From a virus (lineage: Duplodnaviria; Caudoviricetes), in the IMG/VR virus record IMGVR_UViG_3300011008_000043, positions 9,257 to 73,256 of that record: 64,000 nt of DNA. One strand, written 5' to 3'. The notes beneath the pieces are model-generated. The model ran no database searches and was not told the origin of the DNA. It saw only the letters and a program-made list of their open reading frames with translations. The stretch's first letter is position 1; each line of letters starts with the position of its first letter. Both the position numbers and the translations under genes were made by a program. Of the stretch, positions 1 to 8,651 are shown piece after piece.

Positions 1-2
1 AT

Positions 3-563
3 ATGAGCTTCGAGCTGTTCTCGGAGAGCGACGAAAAGATCACGATCAAGAGCGAAACCATGTACTGGAAATTCCGGTACAGGCAGGCGGGTACAGAGCC
101 GTACCGGAACGTTCTGGTCGGAGTAGAGCGGAGCGAGATCGAAATCCAGACGGAAGGCGAAGCTCACAAGATCGAATACGTTATGGCTGGTGTTGAAAAA
201 ACCGGTACGAAACCAAGAACGAATACGCTCGTTGCTATTGAACGAAGCGAAATCAACGTCGAGACGGCTGGAACCGGATACAAGCATCCATACCAGATGA
301 CGGGAACTGAAAAGACCGGCACAAAGCCAAAGACAAATACGATTGTTGCTATCGAAAGAAGCAAACTCACTGCTGAGACAGACAGCACTGGATACAGGTA
401 TTCGTACCCGATGGCAGGAACCGAAAACGCTGGTGTTCTCCCGGAAGTGAATATCAGCACTGGAATTAAGGGCAAAGAGGCTCAGATTTCGAGCAGCGGA
501 AAAGCATATTGGATACGTTACCCCCCTTGCGGCACGATGAAAGCCGGTGGGGAAATTTTGTAG
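3..563 (+). CDS. Distal tail/baseplate protein, C-terminal part, with ~38-aa tandem repeats (probably 5'-truncated by the window)
   Basis: ORF has repeats such as EKTGTKPRTNTLVAIERS / EKTGTKPKTNTIVAIERS and lies upstream of tail-associated genes. Confidence 0.55.
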   Translation: MSFELFSESDEKITIKSETMYWKFRYRQAGTEPYRNVLVGVERSEIEIQTEGEAHKIEYVMAGVEKTGTKPRTNTLVAIERSEINVETAGTGYKHPYQMTGTEKTGTKPKTNTIVAIERSKLTAETDSTGYRYSYPMAGTENAGVLPEVNISTGIKGKEAQISSSGKAYWIRYPPCGTMKAGGEIL

Positions 564-587
564 TATCGACAGAAGGGAGAAGAAACC

Positions 588-899
588 ATGCTCACAACAG
601 CAGCACTGACCGGATTCAAGAACCACATTCTGAAATACGTCACGGCAGCCAGATACAAAGTCGGCAGCACATATTACAACGGGGAAATCCAGAACGCGCA
701 AATCCTCTCGGACGGGCGGGTGGCGGTCGACGTGAAGATTGACCACACCCTGAGCGGAAATATCACGGTGACAGAAGTTCAGCTCTACGACAGGAACGGC
801 AACCTCTGGGCGAAGAAGGCAGACAGCGTTTCCCGCGCAGACTCGCAGGAAGGGATTCTGTACCGGTTCGCCTTTACCATTACGGAAGAGGAAATCTAA
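588..899 (+). CDS. Phage tail/baseplate-associated protein
   Basis: RBS (AAGGGAG) and 103-aa ORF in tail module. Confidence 0.6.
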   Translation: MLTTAALTGFKNHILKYVTAARYKVGSTYYNGEIQNAQILSDGRVAVDVKIDHTLSGNITVTEVQLYDRNGNLWAKKADSVSRADSQEGILYRFAFTITEEEI

Positions 900-919
900 C
901 GGGAAGGAGGTAAAAGGTC

Positions 920-1426
920 ATGAACTATTCTGTAATCGGCTGGCAGGATCACGAGACGGAGTATAGCGACAGGTACACGGAAACCACGAACAGTGACGGC
1001 ACGATAACCCATACCAAAGTCGAGGGTGAAGTCATTGAAGAAGGAACCCCGATGTCAGCTACCAACTTCGGCAAGATGGATGGCGGGATTTTACAGAACG
1101 CGATTGTCCACGCCATGATGTTGAACGCTTTCCGGCAGCTCGGCTGGCGCACTGAGGATTTGGAGAAGGCGACGGTTCAGGAAACCGGCAGCAAGACGCT
1201 GACGAATACCGGCAAATTCCTGAACAACAATTCGCAGGTTTCCGCCGCGCTGCAAAACGTGAGAGACAACCTGAATTACGTTGTCGTGATTATTAGCGTC
1301 GAGGGAAGCGGAAACATCGGAGAGATCGAGATCAAAGACCGGCAGGTCAATGGATTCAAGATCGGTTTCACAGGCAGCGCAAAGAGCGCGACAGTAACTT
1401 ATGCAGTGATTGGAGGGTATGATTAA
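920..1426 (+). CDS. Phage tail-associated structural protein
   Basis: GGAGG RBS; N-terminal W.DH...GTP.SA.N motif seen in tail fibre-proximal proteins. Confidence 0.6.
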   Translation: MNYSVIGWQDHETEYSDRYTETTNSDGTITHTKVEGEVIEEGTPMSATNFGKMDGGILQNAIVHAMMLNAFRQLGWRTEDLEKATVQETGSKTLTNTGKFLNNNSQVSAALQNVRDNLNYVVVIISVEGSGNIGEIEIKDRQVNGFKIGFTGSAKSATVTYAVIGGYD

Positions 1427-1427
1427 G

Positions 1428-1745
1428 ATGATTATCGTTGAGAAAAACGTTGGAGACAAAATCCCCTATGATGTCAACGGCAAGAAAGTCGTTTTTGACG
1501 ACGACCTGAGCATCAACCTCACGAAGCGCGAGCAGGATTGGCCCGTGCATATTGACATCTGCTACGATTCGGACAAGGAGCTGGTCATCGGAACTTCTGC
1601 CGGTCGTGCGTATGTGGCAGAGATCGACATTCCGGCGAGACAGTATACCTATCCGGAAACGGAAGAAGGCGAAGAGCCGCAGCCGCCCGTCCCTGTCCCG
1701 CTGGACATGGATACCGTCACCCTGAGCCTTTGGGCCATTGATTAA
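1428..1745 (+). CDS. Hypothetical tail-associated protein upstream of the DGR target
   Basis: GGAGGG at 1412-1417, ATG 1428, ORF track. Confidence 0.6.
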   Translation: MIIVEKNVGDKIPYDVNGKKVVFDDDLSINLTKREQDWPVHIDICYDSDKELVIGTSAGRAYVAEIDIPARQYTYPETEEGEEPQPPVPVPLDMDTVTLSLWAID

Positions 1746-1764
1746 GAAACAGGAGGAAAACAAA

Positions 1765-2844
1765 ATGCCGAATTTTGATCTGGCGAATCTGGCCTTGCAG
1801 GCCGTTTGCCCTAACAACGTACTGCTGTACGACGACAAGAATCTTCCCAGCGCCATGGTGAAGATTCCGAAAATGACCTATGCGCAGCTCGGTCTGGGAG
1901 ACAGCTCCGCGACGCACCCGGCATTCATTGTGAACGGGCAGGAAGTCAGCGCGATCTATATCTCCAAGTACCAGAATGTGGTCATGAACGGACGCGCCTA
2001 TTCCCTCCCGGGAGAAGACCCGCGAGCGACCATCACCGGCGACGCGGCTCTGGCAGCGTGTACCGCGAAGGGTGCTGGCTGGCATCTGATGACCCGCGCC
2101 GAGTGGGCGTTGCTGGCCCTGTGGTGCAAGCAGAACGGCACTCAGCCGACGGGAAACAATAACTACGGCAAAGATACCAGCGAGACGCTGTACAAAGCCA
2201 TCCCGTCCATGGACAGGGACAGCAGCAACAGGATTCAGAGAGTTGCCACCGGAACCGGCCCGCTGGAATGGAGCCACGACGGAACCCCGGCTGGAATCTG
2301 GGATTTGAATGGCAACGTCTGGGAGTGGGTCGGAGGCATCCGCACTGTGTACGGAGAGCTTCAGATTCTGGCGAACAACAATGCTGCCGACAGCGACAAT
2401 TCGCAGGCCGCGACTTCCGCTCAGTGGATGGCGATCAACGCGGCGACCGGCGAGCTGATGACCCCGGACGGCAGCGGCACGACTTCTGGCTCCGTCAAGA
2501 TCGACTGGGTATCCAGCCATGCCCGGTATGTTTCGACCATCACCACGCAGGAAGCGACAGGACGCTCCTGCACGTTTGAGAGCGTGGATTGCGACAGCAC
2601 CATTGGCGACGATACAAAGCTGCTGCTGCAGGCCCTCGCTCTTCTGAAGTACGACGACACCAGCGGCGCGTACAACGGTGACTATTTCTACTTCAACAAC
2701 GGCGAAGCCGAGCGGGGCTTCCGCTGTGGTGGCGTCTGGGACGGTGGGGCGACTGCGGGCGTCTTCGACGTCAACGGCGGCAGCTCTTTCCGGTCGGCCT
2801 CGCTCACGATCATCGGGTTCCGCTCCGCTTTTGTTGAGCTGTAA
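1765..2844 (+). CDS. DGR target protein (Mtd-like; C-type lectin/FGE-sulfatase fold), likely receptor-binding
   Basis: GIWDLNGNVWEWV motif; C-terminal RGF.CGG.W...GFR motif; 3' end is the VR matching the TR. Confidence 0.9.
   Translation: MPNFDLANLALQAVCPNNVLLYDDKNLPSAMVKIPKMTYAQLGLGDSSATHPAFIVNGQEVSAIYISKYQNVVMNGRAYSLPGEDPRATITGDAALAACTAKGAGWHLMTRAEWALLALWCKQNGTQPTGNNNYGKDTSETLYKAIPSMDRDSSNRIQRVATGTGPLEWSHDGTPAGIWDLNGNVWEWVGGIRTVYGELQILANNNAADSDNSQAATSAQWMAINAATGELMTPDGSGTTSGSVKIDWVSSHARYVSTITTQEATGRSCTFESVDCDSTIGDDTKLLLQALALLKYDDTSGAYNGDYFYFNNGEAERGFRCGGVWDGGATAGVFDVNGGSSFRSASLTIIGFRSAFVEL
2711..2831 (+). repeat. DGR variable region (VR), 121 nt
   Basis: Aligns without gaps to spliced TR (3296-3350 + 3550-3615); 16 mismatches, all opposite TR adenines. 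Confidence 0.95.
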
Positions 2845-2849
2845 GCTGA

Positions 2850-2888
2850 CCCACCGTAAGCTGTGGGGCATCGCGATAGCGATGGCCC
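2850..2888 (+). promoter_or_regulatory. Hairpins downstream of VR/IMH (probable DGR target-recognition cruciform)
   Basis: CCCAC-8-GTGGG and GGGCATCGC-GATA-GCGATGGCCC just after the target stop codon, the position where DGR hairpins typically occur. Confidence 0.6.
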
Positions 2889-2928
2889 GATAAACCAAAA
2901 GAAATTCGCAGAAGGGGACTGAGCAGGC

Positions 2929-3297
2929 ATGGCGGTAGAAGAGTTCAAAACACTGACGAAAGTCAAGGATATGATGATCTATGCGTACCCGGTGCTTGCT
3001 CAGTTCCCGAAAGCGGAGAAGTTTTCGCTGGCGCAGGACATCCGGCACAGCATGGATCAACTGCTGGAACTCACGATTACGGAAGACAAGAAATATTACA
3101 AGAAAACCACGCTCGAAAGCATGGACGTAGAGCTGGCGAAACTGAAGACGTATGTCAGGCTCGGCATGGAGCTGAATTTTATTCCATTCCACAAATACGA
3201 GGTATGGGAAAGACACCTGACAGAAATAGGCAAGATGATCGGCGGCTTGATGAAATCCGTCAACAGCAAGCCGAAGAACATAGGGAACGAATCGTAG
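2929..3297 (+). CDS. avd: DGR accessory variability determinant (Avd/bAvd four-helix bundle)
   Basis: 122 aa basic protein with FPK.EK..LA..IR and EIGKMIGG motifs, between target and TR. Confidence 0.9.
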   Translation: MAVEEFKTLTKVKDMMIYAYPVLAQFPKAEKFSLAQDIRHSMDQLLELTITEDKKYYKKTTLESMDVELAKLKTYVRLGMELNFIPFHKYEVWERHLTEIGKMIGGLMKSVNSKPKNIGNES

Positions 3298-3615
3298 CGG
3301 GGCTTCAACTGTGGTGGCAACTGGAACAATGGGGCGAATGCGGGCGTCTTCGAATGGAGCGGTCAGACGGGAAACCACTGACCGGATGCTGGCTAATTCG
3401 GCGAATATCCCATAGGGACAACGCCGAGCTAAACCGGGAAACCGGAAATGTGTAGAGACTATATACCAGCGGCCTAAACTCATGGGGAGCAAGGTCAAGA
3501 AATAGTCCAGACCGCAACCGAAAGGGCTATGGCAACATAGTGCGGCAGGCGACGTCAACGGCAACAACTCTTTCCGGTCGAACTCGAACACGAACATCGG
3601 GTTCCGCTCCGCTTT
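3296..3615 (+). ncRNA. DGR template region (TR), split into exon 1 (3296-3350) and exon 2 (3550-3615)
   Basis: AAC/AAT-rich copy of the VR, interrupted by a 199-nt insert. Confidence 0.92.
3351..3549 (+). ncRNA. Minimal group I intron (199 nt, no ORF) inside the DGR TR
   Basis: 5' exon ends in U, insert ends in G. P1 CUUC/GGAG with U.G at the splice site; P2 3361-66/3378-83; P3 GCTGG 3388-92/CCAGC 3466-70; P4 TTCGGCG 3397-403/CGCCGAG 3422-28; P6a CCGG-GAAA-CCGG; P7 GACTA 3457-61/TAGTC 3503-07 inside R (GTGTAGAGACTA) and S (AAGAAATAGTCC) elements; P9 with GNRA loops. Confidence 0.88.
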
Positions 3616-3769
3616 ACCCCGAACGCCAGATGCCGCAGGCTCACGGGCCTGCTCCCAGAGCGATGGGTGAGTAAAGGGATTCGAATCCTTGGTCAACCAC
3701 GGGCCAGAAAAAGAACGGCTGCGAAATCCGCGAAAGCTGATAAGCGCAGCTCTTCCATGGAGACTGAAT

Positions 3770-4894
3770 ATGGAGAAATACCAACATGTTTTTGAAAAAT
3801 TCGTGGAGTTTCGGAGACAGTACGACGGATACCGGCTGGCTCGCAGATGCAAGCGATTCCGGCCTGAGGTGCTATCCTATTCAGTCAAATTGGAAGACAA
3901 CATTTTCGACATGATAGACCGGCTGAAAGACCGGACATATCACATAGAAGGCGCACACGAATTTTACGAATACTTCCCAAAGAAACGCATCATAACAGCA
4001 TGGCCTTTTCCGTACCGCGTAGTCAACTGCGCGGCCTATTTGACGTTATGGCCCATATACGAGAAGAGTTTTTATGAACACAGCTATGGCAGCATCCCCG
4101 GCAAAGGAAGCATCAGAGCCGTACAGCAGGTGCAATACTGGCAGCGTCAGGCGCGAGCGACCGGAAAGAACACGGTCGCCGGAAAAGCGGATGTAGCGAA
4201 GTTCTTTTTCAGGGTTCCGCACGAGGTACAGCTCGACAGGCTGATGCGTCCGCTAGATGACCCGAACATGGAATGGTTCTTGCGAACGTCCATCAATGGA
4301 GACGGCAGAGCGACAGGACTGCCACTGGAATTTTCCGACGTGGAAGACGCGGAGAGGATTTTCGGAATCGGGATGCCGGTAGGAAGCCTGATATCACAGA
4401 TGACGGCGAACGTTGTCTTGACACCACTCGACCATTATATGAAACGGGTGGTCGGGATACCGAAATATTGCCGGTACATGGACGATATGTACATACAGGG
4501 AGAGAGCAAACAGCAGGTCTGGGATGCCCTCGGAATGATGGACGGATTTCTGCGAAGGGAGCTGGGCCTGCAACTGAATCAGAAGACGGCGGTCATGCCA
4601 TACGACAGCGGGATAGAGTTCGTCGGAAGAGTGATAACCCCAGACAAGATCACGATCAGAAAAAGCACGACACTGCTGGTCAAAAAGCATCTGAATTACG
4701 TCCGGGAGGCATACGACCGCAGAGAAGTCTCGCTGGACTATGCAGAAAGCGTCATCGTCAGTTACCTCGGATTGCTGAAGCACACGGATTGCGACGCATT
4801 AAGGGAAAAGCTCTGCCGGGATTACGTGCTGATACGGCACTCAACACCGGAAGAGATTGAACAGGAAAACAAGACCCAATGGATAGGGATTTGA
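3770..4894 (+). CDS. brt: DGR reverse transcriptase
   Basis: KKRII....F..RVV, GMPVGSLISQ..AN and RYMDD motifs; follows avd and TR. Confidence 0.93.
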   Translation: MEKYQHVFEKFVEFRRQYDGYRLARRCKRFRPEVLSYSVKLEDNIFDMIDRLKDRTYHIEGAHEFYEYFPKKRIITAWPFPYRVVNCAAYLTLWPIYEKSFYEHSYGSIPGKGSIRAVQQVQYWQRQARATGKNTVAGKADVAKFFFRVPHEVQLDRLMRPLDDPNMEWFLRTSINGDGRATGLPLEFSDVEDAERIFGIGMPVGSLISQMTANVVLTPLDHYMKRVVGIPKYCRYMDDMYIQGESKQQVWDALGMMDGFLRRELGLQLNQKTAVMPYDSGIEFVGRVITPDKITIRKSTTLLVKKHLNYVREAYDRREVSLDYAESVIVSYLGLLKHTDCDALREKLCRDYVLIRHSTPEEIEQENKTQWIGI

Positions 4895-4925
4895 GATACA
4901 AAGAAACAGTCGCAGAGGATAGGCC

Positions 4926-5189
4926 ATGAAGAACGCGCAAAGAGATACCAACTCACCGCGAGATCATCCCCGGAAAACTCGCTTCTATCGCATCGAACCA
5001 CGGGAAGATGGAACGGTAGACATCTATCTGCGGAGCGAGGTTATTCCGGCGACGACAGAAGAAGGCGCAACAGATTACGATATTCGTATCCTGATTGTCC
5101 GTGGAGTCGTCCCGTGGGATGGGATGGAAGAAGATATCAGGCGAAGATATGACGCGTGGTGTGAGGCCGCTGAGACGGTTTATTTATGA
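4926..5189 (+). CDS. Hypothetical protein downstream of DGR RT
   Basis: GAGG RBS, 87-aa ORF. Confidence 0.55.
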   Translation: MKNAQRDTNSPRDHPRKTRFYRIEPREDGTVDIYLRSEVIPATTEEGATDYDIRILIVRGVVPWDGMEEDIRRRYDAWCEAAETVYL

Positions 5190-5277
5190 CCTATAGAGAC
5201 GACGGAATGAAAGGATGAAGAATCATGAGGAAACCGGAAGCAAAGGAAAACGGAATCCCGATCATAGGCAGAGAGGG

Positions 5278-5604
5278 GTGTTTCCAGTGGGAGAAATAAC
5301 AGGCCTACAGTGGCAGAACTTTTTGACGGTCGCGCTGGCAATCGGCGCGGCAGTCGTTCTTTTGGGGAATGTTACGAAGGCCATCAGGGAATGGCGAAAG
5401 CCATCCAACGATCTGCAAGAGTGGAAACGGGATGTGGATGATAAGCTTGGGAACGACAACGAACGCCTGAAAGCCATGGAGAATGGCACGAACGTTCTGT
5501 GCCGTGGGATGCTCGCACTGCTCAGTCATGAGATCAACGGGAACTCGACAGACAAGCTTAAGGCATCCCAAGAGGAAATAACGGATTACCTGATAGAGAG
5601 GTGA
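5278..5604 (+). CDS. Holin-like membrane protein (1 TM plus coiled coil)
   Basis: Hydrophobic helix FLTVALAIGAAVVLLG; lysis module position; start codon uncertain. Confidence 0.55.
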   Translation: MFPVGEITGLQWQNFLTVALAIGAAVVLLGNVTKAIREWRKPSNDLQEWKRDVDDKLGNDNERLKAMENGTNVLCRGMLALLSHEINGNSTDKLKASQEEITDYLIER

Positions 5605-5609
5605 AACCC

Positions 5610-5948
5610 ATGGAGAAGAAGCAGGATCACAGAGAGCAGTTTTCAAAGAGGCTCGCCCGATACGGAGCTGTTGTCTGGGGCGTGTTTCTCGTCGCCGTCA
5701 TTGTGCTGCTGTACTTTCAGCCGGAAACCGCTATGGCCTGCGTGTATCTTGTGCTGATAGTGACGGCAAACAAGGCACTGGACACATGGGCGTACACCAA
5801 AAACTCCACATATGAAAAGGGCCTGCTCGCGATGCTGGACAAGACAAAGATGGAACTGAGCCTGAAGGGGATTGCGACAGCTCCGGGGAGCAAGGCGAAA
5901 TCAGACAGCAGCAAAGACGACGATGAAGGCGAAGGGGGGAATGGCTGA
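5610..5948 (+). CDS. Membrane protein of the lysis cassette (2 TM)
   Basis: Two hydrophobic segments directly upstream of the endolysin. Confidence 0.55.
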   Translation: MEKKQDHREQFSKRLARYGAVVWGVFLVAVIVLLYFQPETAMACVYLVLIVTANKALDTWAYTKNSTYEKGLLAMLDKTKMELSLKGIATAPGSKAKSDSSKDDDEGEGGNG

Positions 5949-6667
5949 TGCTCAGTATCAAGAAACTTTCGGAATCGGCGAACGCCTGCATGGGCTGGCC
6001 TTACGACAGCCCCGGAACCAACGATAGCAAGGGGATTGACTGCTCCGGGCTTTTCGTAAAGATGTTCCGCGATCAGGGTGCGAAAATCTACCATGGCAGC
6101 AACACGATCTTTCGGAAATACTGTTCGGATACAGGAAAGCTGACCAAAGCGAATCAGCTCATCCCCGGAATGGCAGTATTCAAGCGGAAAAACTGGACGG
6201 ACGCCGACAAGGACAACCGGTGGTACGAAACGGAGCCGGGAAATCTCTCTCATATCGGATACGTGGATTCCGTAAATCCGCTCAGAATTATTCACGCCAG
6301 CACCGGGACGATGTGCGTCACGACAGACAGCAGCATCAAAAACTGGGCGTACTGGGGAAAGCTGAAGAACGTGGATTACAGCGGAGACACCCCAGAGCCT
6401 ACGCCTGAACCATCACCGGAACCTACCCCGGAACCGGAACCACTGGTCGCAGACGCGACGGTATGGTCAGAAAGCGGGAAGCCGGTAAAGATGAGGGCGA
6501 AGCCGTCTGGAAGCAGCAGACTCTACGACGAACTGCCGGTCGGAACAGTTGTTACCGTGGAGGAATACAACTACACGACGGATGCCAAAGGAAACCAGTG
6601 GACAAAGATATCCTACGGCAGGCGCAAAGGATGGTACATTATGACCAAATTCCTGAGCCTCGGATAA
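5948..6667 (+). CDS. Endolysin: NlpC/P60 (CHAP-like) catalytic domain, PEPT linker, SH3-like domain
   Basis: GIDCSGL Cys motif, SHIG His motif, TPEPTPEPSPEP linker, C-terminal SH3b-like W..I.Y...GW.M..FL. Confidence 0.85.
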   Translation: MLSIKKLSESANACMGWPYDSPGTNDSKGIDCSGLFVKMFRDQGAKIYHGSNTIFRKYCSDTGKLTKANQLIPGMAVFKRKNWTDADKDNRWYETEPGNLSHIGYVDSVNPLRIIHASTGTMCVTTDSSIKNWAYWGKLKNVDYSGDTPEPTPEPSPEPTPEPEPLVADATVWSESGKPVKMRAKPSGSSRLYDELPVGTVVTVEEYNYTTDAKGNQWTKISYGRRKGWYIMTKFLSLG

Positions 6668-6695
6668 AACAAAAAGCAGAAGGGAGAAAAGAACC

Positions 6696-7058
6696 ATGCA
6701 GATTGGTAATGTTACTATCGACCTGACCCAAATCATTTTGGCGGTATTCACGCTTATCTTCGGGCTGCTAATGAGGTACGTCATCCCCGGAATCAAAGAG
6801 AAGATGACGAACGATCAGATTGAGCTGCTGCGAATCGCAGTCAAGACGGCGGTTTATGCCGCTGAACAGCTTTACGGCAGCAAGCAAGGGCAGGAAAAGC
6901 TCGCCTATGTGATCGACCTGCTGTACCAGCAAGGCTACATCGTGGACAAAGACAAAGTAGAAGATACCGTACGGGCCTTGATCGAATCATTTGTCAAAGA
7001 GCTGAATATGGAGCAGGCAAAAATTGAAGCAGTAAAAACAGAAGCCACGAAGGAATAA
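6696..7058 (+). CDS. Holin (LL-H-like family)
   Basis: N-terminal TM; AV.AAEQLYG..G.EKL motif. Confidence 0.75.
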   Translation: MQIGNVTIDLTQIILAVFTLIFGLLMRYVIPGIKEKMTNDQIELLRIAVKTAVYAAEQLYGSKQGQEKLAYVIDLLYQQGYIVDKDKVEDTVRALIESFVKELNMEQAKIEAVKTEATKE

Positions 7059-7061
7059 ACC

Positions 7062-7247
7062 GTGAAAGCCCCGTGTAAAGACTGCCCGGGCAGGCAGCTC
7101 GGATGCCATTCTGCCTGCGAGAAATATTTGGCTTATGCTGCGGAATGCGAGCAGAAAAGACTCAGGCGAAAAGACACGGCCCGGTATCTCAGCGAAGAAA
7201 CGTTGAAGATGCTGCGGAGAAGAGCATTATCCAGAAACCATAGATGA
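7062..7247 (+). CDS. Small Cys-rich hypothetical protein
   Basis: PCKDC..R..GCH..CEKY motif common in Firmicutes phages. Confidence 0.6.
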   Translation: MKAPCKDCPGRQLGCHSACEKYLAYAAECEQKRLRRKDTARYLSEETLKMLRRRALSRNHR

Positions 7248-7248
7248 C

Positions 7249-7285
7249 AGGCTGTCGTCCCGATGAAAGGGCGACAGCCTTTTTA
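7249..7285 (+). terminator. Intrinsic terminator ending the late/lysis operon
   Basis: AGGCTGTCGTCC...GGGCGACAGCCT then T-run. Confidence 0.85.
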
Positions 7286-7334
7286 TTTTGCGTCGCAAGA
7301 TACGAAATTTGAAATTTTCTTAAATTATTTCTGA

Positions 7335-7381
7335 TTTTTTCGTTTTTGCCTATTGACAAAACGAAAAAGAAAGAGTAAAAT
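7335..7381 (+). promoter_or_regulatory. Sigma70/SigA promoter, copy 1 (TTGACA-17-TAAAAT) with inverted repeat flanking -35
   Basis: TTGACA 7353-58, TAAAAT 7376-81; identical 47 bp at 11806-11852. Confidence 0.85.
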
Positions 7382-7428
7382 AACGTCGAAATCAGGAACC
7401 ATACTACGAAATTGCGGAGGGAACGACG

Positions 7429-7608
7429 ATGGCACAGGCAGCACGGGAAGCATTCGCACGGAAGATTAGGAACCTGAGCATGAGCAGGCTGGACGATACC
7501 TTCTACGACCTGCGGCACGGATGCGAAGACAGCACGGGACTCTCTCAGGAAGAGATCGCAGAGCGGCTGGAAATGGTTCAGAACGAATACTACAGAAGGA
7601 TGAAATAA
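7429..7608 (+). CDS. Small hypothetical early protein (59 aa, below ORF-track cutoff)
   Basis: GGAGGG RBS, ATG 7429, TAA 7608. Confidence 0.55.
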   Translation: MAQAAREAFARKIRNLSMSRLDDTFYDLRHGCEDSTGLSQEEIAERLEMVQNEYYRRMK

Positions 7609-7621
7609 GGAGGAAACAACG

Positions 7622-7819
7622 ATGACGACGGAAGTTAAGCCCTACAACGGAACCCCCAAAGAGTGGGCGCACGTTTTCGAACTGGTGATTGCGAATAAGA
7701 CGGCGACGATCGACGAACTGAATGCGACGAATCACCTCGCGCTGGAACACAAGGCCATTACCCTCGAACACTTCCAGAAAGCGGCGCGGGTGCTGACGGC
7801 AGAGATACTAAAGAGATAA
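7622..7819 (+). CDS. Hypothetical early protein
   Basis: GGAGG RBS, 65 aa. Confidence 0.6.
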   Translation: MTTEVKPYNGTPKEWAHVFELVIANKTATIDELNATNHLALEHKAITLEHFQKAARVLTAEILKR

Positions 7820-7997
7820 GGGAGGCAGAAGCCATGAAGAAGTCACAGATGAACACGAATCAGCTCCGAGAACTTGCGGTGCGGCTCGGAGCGGACAGGA
7901 AGAAGCTCTACGGTACCAGCAGGCAGGCAATCATTCTCACGATCAATCAGCTCGAACGCGAGCAGAAGACAGATAAAAAATAAGGGAGGAAACGGAA

Positions 7998-8435
7998 ATG
8001 AATAACAACAGAAACGAAATCGCGGAGAACGTCGAGCGGTACATCGAAGAAGCGGAAGCCTTCAAGGCTCGTTTCGGAACCGGAAAGAAGTTCATGATCA
8101 CATACGTTTACGATGACCTGAGCATTTTCGACTGGTGGAACGACTACCTGAGCCTGAGCCAACTGAAGCAGATGCAGAAGTTCCTCGAAACGGCAGAAAA
8201 GCTCGGCTACAACGGATATGTGTGCTTCAAGGTTGGCGCAAAGCACTGCTCAAACGGCATGTGGGCCTACAAGAGAGAAAGCACAGAGGGACATAGCCCG
8301 GATGGAGAATGCCTGTATCACAGTTTCGTGAATGGGAGAAACGACTGGGACGCGAAGCTGGCGAACGGAATGTGGGCGCACGACGTAACAGGAAAGTTCG
8401 ACAACAGCCTGAAAGAAATCCAGAGCATGATTTAA
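7998..8435 (+). CDS. Hypothetical early protein
   Basis: GGGAGG RBS, 145 aa. Confidence 0.65.
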   Translation: MNNNRNEIAENVERYIEEAEAFKARFGTGKKFMITYVYDDLSIFDWWNDYLSLSQLKQMQKFLETAEKLGYNGYVCFKVGAKHCSNGMWAYKRESTEGHSPDGECLYHSFVNGRNDWDAKLANGMWAHDVTGKFDNSLKEIQSMI

Positions 8436-8449
8436 GGGAGGGAAAGAGA

Positions 8450-8638
8450 ATGAATCGGTACACAGCTAAATTCTGGCGCGGGAATCCTCAGCTTAAAAAC
8501 GGAGGATACGAGACGACACGGACAATCGAAGCGAAGACAATCACCTCGGCCCGGAAAAAGGCCCGCGAGATTTACGAAGATGGCTGCATCTACGGCAGTA
8601 TGACGCTGATCGACATCAAGAGAGAAGAAACAAAGTAA
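8450..8638 (+). CDS. Hypothetical early protein
   Basis: GGGAGGG RBS, ATG 8450. Confidence 0.6.
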   Translation: MNRYTAKFWRGNPQLKNGGYETTRTIEAKTITSARKKAREIYEDGCIYGSMTLIDIKREETK

Positions 8639-8651
8639 GGGAGGAAAGAAG

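Noticed and set aside
3351-3549. TR insert as an IS/MITE or assembly artefact
   Set aside because: No terminal inverted repeats or flanking target duplication beyond the 3-nt CGA junction overlap; it instead shows ordered P1-P9 pairings and U/G splice boundaries
3674-3690. T-loop-like GGATTCGAATCC in the TR-RT spacer as a tRNA
   Set aside because: A 12-bp palindrome with no cloverleaf; at most part of the DGR spacer structure
1717-3852. 711-aa minus-strand ORF across the DGR
   Set aside because: Antisense shadow of the target and avd genes; no RBS or recognisable motifs, and the plus strand explains the region
6385-6445. Short tandem repeat as a VNTR or phase-variation element
   Set aside because: It encodes the ordinary PEPT linker of the endolysin
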